Positions 45,636-55,965 of a DNA stretch of 64,000 nt are shown one piece after another. This DNA is from Amphiscolops sp. MND2022. Its lineage: Eukaryota. The notes beneath the pieces were generated by a model. That model was given only the letters and a program-made list of their open reading frames with translations, made no database searches and had not been told where the DNA came from. The DNA lies in the NCBI GenBank assembly GCA_964187785.1, contig OZ076409.1, positions 53,570,001 to 53,634,000 on the forward strand. The letters are read 5' to 3'. Both the position numbers and the translations under genes were made by a program. The number at the start of each line of letters is the position of its first letter. The first letter of the stretch is position 1.

Positions 45636-46220
45636 ATGAATCATCCAAATTCAAGCAGCAAAATGGACGAAGACGTCTTCATTCTCGAACGAGATCAACA
45701 GCAGCAGCCCGAACAAAGAGCCGGTACACCGCCACCAGATTATAACCTAATTACCACGCGGCAAATTAACATTACTTATGAAATCATTAAAACACAGGAC
45801 TACCACGTAGTCCTAGTACATGAAGAAGCGCCGGCCGATACTACGAGCACAGAAAGCGAGACGGGAGTCATCAGACGTTTCACGCAAGACAACCCAGTGA
45901 TCCCCGAAGACACATTTGTGAGTCCCGTCAGGCAATTCGACTGTGAAATTTACGATGATCCCGACTACAACGTTGATAGCCCAATAAGTTTCTACAGTAG
46001 CTCAGAAGGCTACTATTCGGGAAGCGATTGGGAGACAGACTCATCTTGGCGATCCTACAATTCCTTAACTGACGATCTCCCAACGCTATTTGAGACCCCG
46101 ATTCGATCAATTTCCCAATTTCTTCTTCCTGAGGGAACTGGCTACAGAAGCCGAGGACTGTCACAGCCCCGCCTGAGCTGCGAGTATTGCAACAAACACA
46201 ACCCAGTCTTCGAAGGATAA
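45636..46220 (+). CDS. Element C small acidic accessory ORF (194 aa) running through the PPT into the 3' LTR
   Basis: Intact ATG-to-TAA frame, Asp/Glu/Ser-rich, with PPPDY and a terminal CEYC. A TATATAA lies upstream at 45506. Confidence 0.55.
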   Translation: MNHPNSSSKMDEDVFILERDQQQQPEQRAGTPPPDYNLITTRQINITYEIIKTQDYHVVLVHEEAPADTTSTESETGVIRRFTQDNPVIPEDTFVSPVRQFDCEIYDDPDYNVDSPISFYSSSEGYYSGSDWETDSSWRSYNSLTDDLPTLFETPIRSISQFLLPEGTGYRSRGLSQPRLSCEYCNKHNPVFEG

Positions 46221-48042
46221 ATTGGGAAAAGAACAAAAGAAGAGGAAATAGACAGCGGACAAACAATCAGAAACAAAGGAGTTAAACAATATAAATTTGA
46301 AGTTATATAAATAAATATATGCATATTAGTATTATTATCATAATAATGTACACTTATATAAATACGTACTTACGGAATAACGGAGCTATTTGTGCAGTTA
46401 ATAATAATACAATACTCTGTAATAATAATAATCGAATTGCACCGCTCAGTGAACGAACTGAGAAATTGAAGGCAGAACTGAGGCCTGGCAGCCGGCCTCA
46501 AATACTCGCACTAAAGCGGCGGCCTGGCAGGCAGCCTGAGAATTGTAAACTCAGCAAACTAATATGCAAGTGCGCGCTATAGTGAATACATGTAAATGAA
46601 CTAATGTCTAGTGCAGTGATTTATTAACAATACGAGTGCAAATATACCAACAATTGAGATTTCTGTGCTAACTTAATAGAACATCACGTACCGCGGCCCG
46701 GGATGCGGCCTGAGAATTACATACAATAAATCAATCACGGAAGTGAAAGATGATGATGCTATCATGTAACTTTGTCTCGAAACTTTGATCTTAAACTATA
46801 TCGTCGTTTCAAATATCGCATATAACGTTTTTTTACATGTAGATATTGATTATTCTGTAAACAGGCCTGAACAGCAGCCTGGACCAAAGATTTAACACCA
46901 AATATCAAACCAAGTGTTAATAACATGTATATCCTGTTCCCTGAATCTGTTGCCGTTTAATTGCATTAAATACCTTCCTGAACAATGTATCTGATGCTGT
47001 TTATAATTAATAGTTGCTTTACTCATTGAACAAATTTGTCCGTCCCGGACCATGGCCTGGGACCAGGCTTCGTGATCTTAACCAAAAATCAGAGCCGTAA
47101 ATACTGTAGAAACAATTCTACTCTTTCATTTAAAACTTAATGTGTGATTTGTGTTAAATTTCATCCGAATTGTTGCTGATTTATTTAATTTAGAGAAATA
47201 TTTGTAAAGGAAAATTGGTTGTCATCATTTTTTCCCAAATTTGTGCAGTTAATCAATCTCATCCAATGACTCATTGCGCGTGTCTTTGATAGTTTTTTCA
47301 GTTCGGCGTCCTGAAGAGGCGGGAAGCTGGAGGCGAAGGGAAGCGGAGTCGCAACTCAGACCGGAAGTGGACGCGTGTTTTCTTCGGAAAGCATGAACAA
47401 ACTGAAAGCCTGAGTTCGACAAAGCGAAACTGAACTTCCTGTTTCCCTGCGTCGGATGGACGCCGGACTGAACAAAATGTGAAGTATGTTCTTTTCCCCG
47501 CTTTCCGGGATGGAAAGTATAAATACAATGGGAGCTAAAAGCCATTTTAGTTGAATTTTGTTATTTTGCGAAACAATAATTTTTCGTTTAACGATAATTA
47601 AAAATCTTGAAACGTCACACTTTGTCACTTGAGAACTTGCTCTAATTTCCTTAAAAAGAAAATCGAGAATTATCAAGCCTAAGTAAGATGCCAGAACGTA
47701 GCTCCAAAAGAAAAGCCAGAAGAGATTCCCCTGTGAACTCTTTAGACGAACCTGAGTCTTCTAGCATGAGAACTGAAAACGCTGCTAGTTTGTCCGATAG
47801 AGATTTTACGGAATTATCTGAAAAGATAGAAAAATCTGTAAGTAAAAGAATCAAAGACGCAGAAGTCGGACAGCGCGAGATTCTGAAGATGATAGAGAAC
47901 CTGACTTCTAAAATCGATACACTGACAGAAAGACCGCCTAACAACGTGCGTCATGATCCCGGTGACGAGGACGCAGAAAACACGGATTATAGATATAGAC
48001 TAGTTGAACCAAGTGATTTGCTCCCGAATCACGGTCAACACA
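46159..48042 (+). repeat. 3' LTR of element C (1884 bp)
   Basis: Direct repeat of 32548-34455; includes the duplicated gag 5' segment starting at 47688. Confidence 0.95.
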
Positions 48043-48103
48043 GATGTTTGCCTATATTGGCAAATAGAGAACAAACGTATACGATTGTTCTCTATTTGCC
48101 AAT

Positions 48104-48378
48104 GGTTGCATGTCAGAATATCCTAAGTCATAATAACCAATGCCATAATAGCCAATGCCAAAATATCCAACGTGACAAAATAGCCAATGCCAAAATAGCC
48201 AACGTGACTTAATAGCCAATGTTATAGTGTCACTTTGACTGTTTTGGTATTGGTCTATATGGCATTGGCTATTTTGGTCTTGGCTATTTTGGCATTGGCT
48301 ATTTTGGCATATTGGATATTTTGGCATTGGCTATTTTGACCTTGGCTATTTTGACTTTAGTTATTTTGTCTTGCCACC
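48104..48378. mobile_element. Mutator/foldback-like MITE with 9-bp TSD
   Basis: Imperfect TIRs GGTTGCATGTCAGAATA / TATTTTGTCTTGCCACC. Internal 15-bp repeats aaaatagccaatgcc occur in both orientations. Exact flanking duplication TTTGCCAAT at 48095-48103 and 48379-48387. Confidence 0.85.
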
Positions 48379-48685
48379 TTTGCCAATATAGGTTGATTAT
48401 CATCGTGGGCGTTAAGGCTGTATAAAGTTCGTCTGCTAGTAGTGTAGCTGATTGATGACTCCATAATTTAATTGGCCGAAATTGAAACCAAGGAGTGTAT
48501 ACCTATGCAGCCTCAAAATTCGTAGACCATTGATTAGCAAAATCTGGTCAAACAGTTAGATACCGGATCAAAGCCTTAATCGACCAGAAAGTCTTGAGAC
48601 AAAACAAGTCAAAATCCATTCAATAAAAATGTTTCCCAAAAGTTTGGATTTCAAAACCTTGACATTAAACCAATTGCATCATCTC

Positions 48686-49045
48686 ACTCGGCTTTTCTCG
48701 TTTGTGGGCGCTTTACACACCAACAAGTTTATCAATAAAAAATGAAGTTTCCATATAGATTTTCCGACAACAAAGTCGCAGTTTGTACTCGCCTTCTTGG
48801 TTGGGGTCAAACCCGTTATCTTCCACAAACTAGCTTTTATTAGAAGCTGTATTAAAGTTGAACTGCAGTTCAACTTTAATACAGCTTCTAATAAAAGCTA
48901 GTTTGTGGAAGATAACGGGTTTGACCCCAACCAAGAAGGCGAGTACAAACTGCGACTTTGTTGTCGGAAAATCTATATGGAAACTTCATTTTTTATTGAT
49001 AAACTTGTTGGTGTGTAAAGCGCCCACAAAAGAGAAAAGCCGAGT
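48686..49045. repeat. 360-bp near-perfect spacerless palindrome
   Basis: Centre aactg|cagtt at 48865/48866; the arms are complementary except for about one mismatch. Confidence 0.95.
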
Positions 49046-49204
49046 ACCTGTACTTGTTCAATTAAGCGTAATTTAAAATTGTTAGCTGTCCCCCCTTGTC
49101 AAAGACGTTTCTTTGTGTGCACATGTGCACACAAAGAAACGTCTTTGACAAGGGGGGACAGCTAACAATTTTACATTACGCTTAATTGAACAAGTACAGG
49201 TACT
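49043..49204. repeat. 162-bp near-perfect spacerless palindrome
   Basis: Centre gcaca|tgtgc at 49123/49124; abuts the 360-bp palindrome. Confidence 0.95.
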
Positions 49205-49810
49205 ACACACAGGTACTACAAATAAACCCATACGAGTTGGAATCTGGAGCACACTTCACGCAAATGAAATAACGTATATGGCTCAAGACCACCTTCAAGG
49301 TCAACGTGAAATGATTTCAGATTATTTAGTTTGACAATATGCATTGGCATCATCTTCAAGGGCAGAGTTGGGTTGACTGCCAAGACAAGCTCAACTACAG
49401 GACGGGTAACATTTTCATTTTATTTAACATTCGTTTTATTGTGCAACACTGTCGAAGCATTCATTCAAATTTAAACCACTTCCGAAAAGAGAATAACGTT
49501 TCGTGAAGTGTGATTCAACGATTCAAACTAAATCATTGAAGTTTAAAACCTTTTCGTTCTTAGAGGGGCCACTTGTTGAGGCTAGGGTAAGAGTACGCCT
49601 GTGCACAGGTGTTCCGGTTTCGATGATTCATACACAGGAGTTCAAGGACGGACGGGAGGGTACATCTGGGACGACCCTGAAAATTTGGTGCAATTTGAGG
49701 CTAAAGAAGCATTCTCGCATTTATCAGCAGTTCAACAAGGCAAAACGAAGTTATGAGGACCTGCTCTCTCAGTCACCGATTGCCAAGTCAAGTATTACAC
49801 AAAGAACTTG

Positions 49811-50525
49811 TGTAACGTCACCCTATGATCAACGAAAATTTTGGAAAATGTGGAAAAATTCGTTCAAAAATGGTGTGGCACAAGAACGTGAATTTACGAA
49901 GTACCATCCCGCAAAAAGCATAAAGGAACAGAAAAAAGGTGGCCCCGTGAAGCGGAAGAACGTAACGGCGTACGAAAATACGTGTATGGTCACAAATTAG
50001 TGTATTTCGACAGCCCAGGCGCTGAAACTCTAGATGTCAACAAGAGTTTACCCGAAAAACAGCATGACGGTGTGATTGCAATATCCATGCCCGGGGTTGT
50101 GCCCAGCTCGAGCGCTGGTGCCATGCCATCCAGAACCATGCCCAATTCGCCAAACTGGACTTCAGTACCTGATTGTAGTGTTTACCATATTTGTTTGAAT
50201 AATTATTAGCTCGAGGGCTACCTTGTTGATGCTATTTACAGTAGATTCCCATCTGGAGAAATTTAGTTCTCTGCAACCTTGCACCTTTTTTATAGGCTAT
50301 TTACGCAATGGATACGAAGAGAAAAGCGTAATTCCTGTGAATCTTAGCAATTACAGACTGGAACAGGTCAGAGAGCATCCCTAGAGACGGTTCCCCCTCC
50401 TCAGGACCGGCTTCCTTCGGAGGACAAAATGGGCTGGCGTTATGGTGATTGGTCCCGAATCTTAATCCATGATATCAGTTCCTCCAATCTGTGTAGCGAA
50501 CAAACGCTAAGCGCTTTTCATTACA
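49811..50525 (+). mobile_element. Solo LTR from a family related to element A (715 bp)
   Basis: TGTAAC...ATTACA. Colinear blocks shared with 16669-17381, e.g. aaaaattcgttcaaa, ttagca.ttacagact.g, agacggttcccc, ccttcggagg, agttcctcca, agcgctt. No clean TSD. Confidence 0.75.
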
Positions 50526-50999
50526 TTGCTTACAGCTACGCACCATTTGCTATCAGGATCCTCCTTTGTTGGGAGCGGCAATGGGGTTCAAATTCCATTT
50601 GATCTTCTCACGAGAAAGTAAGGCAGGTGCTTCACTGTTCCAGCAGTTCTTTGTCTTCGCCAACGTAAATGATTCCTATCAAAAGAAATATACCCGCCGA
50701 TTGACATCGTTGAGGCAGGAATCGTTCTGAACGTATGACACATGAGTATAGTGATGGTACACTCCAACATTATAATGAGCTATAAGAATAATAAGCACCA
50801 ACATTCCTCAGTTGAGCGACGGCCGGAGACATGTAATGGGCCGATTTAGTCCACTCCACAAATGGAAACGACTGTCGATGTCGGTTGGGTTGTGGCTACC
50901 CATACTGGCTACTGTTTCTTTTCTGCATGTGATACAGTTTGACTTGAACGAGCGCCAAACGAATTAGATGTGTATATTAAAAAACGTTGCAGCAGTTGG

Positions 51000-53400
51000 G
51001 ATCGGACATAGTCGGGAAACTTGATAAGCATAGAGAGCATCGAAAAGTTCCACAAGGAATTTCACCAAACGATAAGTCGTTGCGAAATGAACTAATGATG
51101 GTCACAACAATAGTTAAAACAATACTATTTGGCTGTATTCGCTCAAATTGTGACTTTCCGCCAGAGCATTGAGTTCGAAAAGAAAAGCTTCTTTTTCAGA
51201 AACAAGTAAAACTTCTCTTCGGCTCGATCCATCTCACATGGGTCATGACTTAACGAGAGGGAACTAGAATTTGACTTGAAATTAACTGCGTTTCCCCCTT
51301 GTCGAAAACGATGTTGTATTCACTGCCTCCTTCTGAAGCACTAGCGACAGCGAGAACACTCTTTTCCTCGATGACCTTTAAGTCGACTTTGTCTGCCAAA
51401 AAGCATCAAGGTTAGGAACAAAGACCGTTTCGAACTTTTCAGAAAATTGATCCGGAGATGCAGAGAAACTTAATGCAGTTCGTCAGACTGAAAGCAGTCA
51501 ATTTTTGAGTACCTGCATCAGCGTGGTTTTAGTTAGTGTCAATTTACAACCATTTACATGAAACATTTTTGCTGTTATAAAAATCTTTGGTACGTGCTTA
51601 TCCACCAAGGAGGGTTGTTTATGTAAACATGTGAGCCATCAGAGGACATATCAACGTGCCGCAGGATCGAAGGTTGCTCTATTTGCGATGAGCAGCAGAC
51701 CAATCAGTGAAGCATTCACTTCTTTCACCTGGAGTCGATTATTCCATCGTTGACCGTTAAGTGGCCAACTTTCAACAAGCAACCAGCAGGTTCTTATCGT
51801 GCTCATTCCCCGTGCATATTGTCAGTTTTGTGATCCCAATTTCGACTGATATCATTTAATGAATGGTTGGAGCAATCGAAACGATTTCATTTGATTGAAT
51901 AGTGCTGTATTTCGGAGCGTTCACTAAATCGGCTGATCCACCAAACTTGCGCACAAGTTTTGTCAACTTCAAAATCCCTTCAAAATGGCAGCAACCAAAC
52001 TGAAGTTTACACTTCAGAAGCCTTCCCTTCTGAGAGGATAGACATTAAAAGACCATCCATATGGAGTTTCGATGGGTGGCAAGTGTAACTCTCGGGAAAA
52101 CTCTTTCCTTGTCATCGGAATGCCAAGTTCGCACACGTCACAGAACCCTTGGCTCCTGAACTACGACCCGAACTTTTCAGGGGGCTCCACTCCAACTCTC
52201 ACGTAAGCCACAGGGATCTTTGATCGTCACCAGGCACATCCACTCCAAAGAACATGCCTTCTATGTCAGACAATAAAACGTTGTCTGAAACACAACAGTA
52301 CGTAAAGTAGGATTTTTAGTAGGTCAGGTCCAATAAGCCAATTATTTCCCCACGATCGGCTATGAAACTTCGATGCACCAATCAACACTTTGCCCGGTTA
52401 ATGAGGAATGATGCACTACACGGATGGTACGGAAATTAATATTCGCTCCGCGGTGGACTTGATGGGAACCTTTTTCCAGGTCATCCATTTTTGTTTTCGC
52501 ATATGAAGGTAGAATATTTTGAGAGTTGTTGCTCTAGGGACGTGACTTGAATTGTACGAGGATCGGATTGTAATTGTTTGAAATCTCGACATCATCGCCT
52601 GTTCATAGCATGTCAACAGAGTACCTCGCGCTATCGTGTTTAGTCGCTCGCTGATCCACCTTTGAGAGCGTAACTGCTTGTAAATGCGCATCTAAGGCTT
52701 CGATTTTGCACCAGGATTTCACTCGATCAGCTAGAAATGCATTTTCAGTGTGGTCTGAAGCAGGTTGATGCCATTGCTGTAGTTGATGCAACGGTTCAGT
52801 GGAGATCCAACGAATTGGGTGACGGCAACCTGAAAGCTGCTATTTTCATTTTCGAAACATTCGATTAGTCGGATAGATGGAAACGCATCCCCAGTAGATA
52901 ATTTGGAATTTCGATCAACTACGGATTAACTTCACTAAAACCTTCAATGGATTTAAAAGAGGAAGTTTATGCTTCAACTTGATCTCATCAATATTGTCCG
53001 AACCAACACTAAAGCAACGTTGAGAGAACAATTGAAAAGTCAGGATTATCAACGTAGATGACGTTCGAACCGATTTGCTTAGATTCAACAACTTGTCCGG
53101 CATTTAATCCGGCAGATGTAATCTATTCTATTGGACCGGAGTTCCTGTGAGAAAAGTCTTTCCGCTAAACCTTGATCAATCTGTTAAACTGGAAACTTTG
53201 TCACAAAAACTAGTGCTGCCGCTTTTTCACACCTACTTGGTAATTTGGATCACTTGGTATTTGACTCGATTGGTAACAAACCATTAAGGCTGACAACAAA
53301 TGCCGAGCAGGTAGAAGGCGAATTTTACAAGCAAGTATGCGCTGCGCACAATCAAGTGAGCTGTTATGCCTGCTGGAACAACCTTTGTCAGAATACGTGC
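51000..53400 (-). pseudogene. Heavily decayed Bel/Pao-like retrotransposon remnant
   Basis: Minus-strand motif traces in the expected order: QFVGSPL (gag), HHSSL, ETPYGW, HSLND. Boundaries are approximate. Confidence 0.4.
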
Positions 53401-53625
53401 GAGACTTGAATTTAGTGCGAGACATTTACGGACAACCCCGTCTGGTTCAAGGCAGAACAATGGTTGCTGGCCGCTGAATGTGCAATCTGTGTAGATGTTT
53501 TCTGTTAAAGTTATATCTAGGGCGACCATAAAGTCAATAAAGTCAATACGGTCAAAATATGGTCAATTTTCGCGAAATTCTCAATAAAGTCATTTTTAGG
53601 TTTTTGAGTCAATAAAGGTTACATA

Positions 53626-54400
53626 CCCGGGTTGACCACCATACGAAAAACATGTAGATCATAAAATGTCATATATGGTGTTTATGAAATCAGTTCAGCC
53701 ATAAGTTGACCATACAAAAAGATCTATGGTCATTTTATGAGAAACATGTTTCCCATACTATGGTCATTTTATGGAACGAATGGTTTCCATAGTTTGTTCA
53801 AACTATGAAAAACGTGCTTTTTAAACAAGTTTTCACTGTCAACATTAATTCGGCAGAAATTAGAGTTCCTCTGTCTAACACGGTGACTCTTTTCGGTTTT
53901 TCATCTTTAAAACTTCAAAAACATACTTTAAAAACATGCACTCCAAGAAACAACCATACTTTGAAAACATGGGTTCAAATTATGTTGAGCTTTCAGCAAA
54001 AGTGGCCACTTCCAGAAGAAATTATGAGTTCTAATATGACTTGTTTTTTGTGAGGATAGTAAAAGAAGAGCAGGTTTCATCAAAGTGCCATACTTCAAAA
54101 ACATGATTTCCATAAGAGGGCCATACTTAAAAACCATGGTATCCATAGAATGACCATACTTCAAAAAACATGATTTCCATGAAAGGGTCATACTTGAAAA
54201 CATGGTTTCCATAAAAGGGCCATACTTGAAAACATGGTTTCCATAAAAGGGCCATACAGTTATATGAAATCATGCAATCCATACAATGACCATATATGGA
54301 AAACATTAAAGTCATAGCAAGAACATAAAATGTTTTTTGTGTGGCAACAAATTTCCATATATGGAAACATTTTATGGTTTGCATGTCAGGTCAACCCGGG
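53626..54400. mobile_element. Non-autonomous DNA transposon (MITE) flanked by TA
   Basis: TA|CCCGGGTTGACC ... GGTCAACCCGGG|TA, with internal tandem repeats of about 31 bp (ccatactt.aaaacatg.tttccata) at about 54088-54256. Confidence 0.85.
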
Positions 54401-55878
54401 TACATGTAGAATTCAGCGCAGAATTATCAATTGTTCGGAAGATGGAATTTCGCCCGACCTTTTTGAGAAACTACAAGGTTGTCTTCCAGCAAGCCGCGCC
54501 TACTCAAGAAGCTCTTGGCTAAAGATCAAAACTTTTTGCCGGAAAATCTCTCAAAATATTTCGTTTTTTTTTGTTCAATCATTGTACTCAGTAATTGATT
54601 TTTGGCTTATACACAACTGTTTGGTATTTGTGGTCGCCCTAGTTATATCATTTCCAGATAGCATGTTTTCCTTTGCAGACAATGCAGACAAAGGATTGTC
54701 CTGCTTTTTTAGTTCAGTGCTTTTTTTAGCTTTCGTTTTCGATACCTCTGATCTCTGCTACGGCGCGTTCTAGCGCATTTTTCTTTTCGATGGTTTTCAG
54801 TAATGCCCGGAAAACTCAAAAAAAGTTCGAAAACCTGAAGACACACCTTAGGTCCCAGAAAATTTAACAAAAGCTGATAAATTTTTTTCCCTGTGCATCT
54901 TTAGCGGGAAAACACTGAGTTAATTCAGATGGGCTGTGACGACTGTTTGTGGCTGTCCAAATTATCGTTTCTAAGATCGGAATGCGAATCTATAAATATC
55001 ACCACAAAGGCTGCATCAGCGATGGCGGCCTTTTCTTACATGTAACTAAAGTTTCCGGATATGTGAGTTTCACCTGATCGATAAACCGCGAATAACCAAC
55101 AGCGCTTTGAATTGAAGTTTCCATTTAGTTTATGAGTTATTCCGGAACACCTAATTGGTTTCAGCTAGACGGTGAACGGAATATCGATGAATTGCATGTT
55201 GGAAGAGATCGCGTATGGCAAGTACACTCTTCCCCTAATACTTTATCTGTCCTTCGACTCAAAGACCGGAGTTCGTCGCCAAGAGAACTAGCGCCAATGA
55301 CAATCTTTAAAGTTCGACTGTACTATTTCGAAAGTATTTCGTTTGCCAATTTTTTGAAGACAATTTTATCAACAGATATCTTGTACCTTTAACTTTAACA
55401 GTGATTGAAAGTTGAGACGAATATGAACTTAGAAAGTTGTAGTTTTGTAATTTCTGTTCATCGAATTCAACTCAGTTTTTTGAGTCTATAAAAAAGGTTT
55501 AAGAGCTTTGAAAAGAATAATGAACAATGAAGAGCAAAACACCGTTTAAACCAATCGTAACGACAGGACATTTTTGAACTGTGTTGCCTGCTACTGTTCG
55601 AAGCCAAAAACGCAAAAGCGAAGACCAAAATATTAACTTTGTTTTACGTTGACTTCAATCTAAACGTATTTAATTGAATTCCGTTGTTTCAATTGAGTAA
55701 TGCGTGCCCTCGGTACTCCCGATTTCAGTACCGAGGGATTTGTTGCTATTTTTTACTTTCAACACAAAAACTTTGATTAGGGAGAAGTTACTATATTAAA
55801 TTGAACGCTAACTTTAGTCGGCTCTTTTCGAAGAAAAGAACCGACTAAAGTAGTGGCTTTTTTGAAACCAGCGAACGG

Positions 55879-55965
55879 ATTTCTGTAATTTCCTGTAATT
55901 TTCTGTAATTTTCTGTAATTTTCTGTTTTTTGTTTCTGCAATTTTTCTGTAATTTCTGTAATTTT
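55879..55965 (+). repeat. 10-bp tandem repeat (ttttctgtaa)n after a partial Helentron-like 5' end at 55813-55853
   Basis: Repeated ttttctgtaa units, preceded by ttagtcggctctttt...aaaagaaccgactaa. Confidence 0.7.

Larger units (their letters stand above)
32548..48042 (+). mobile_element. Element C: full-length 15.5-kb Ty3/gypsy LTR retrotransposon, mildly decayed
   Basis: Two near-identical TG...CA LTRs, PBS at 34456, gag/pol with PR-RT-RH-IN order. Flanks GATAT and GATGT fit a 5-bp TSD with one mismatch. Confidence 0.95.

Noticed and set aside
48679..49076. Near-identical ORFs on opposite strands
   Set aside because: A by-product of the 360-bp palindrome.
54088..54256. CRISPR-like array of about 31-bp units
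   Set aside because: Head-to-tail tandem repeats without unique spacers, inside a MITE, in eukaryotic DNA with no cas genes.
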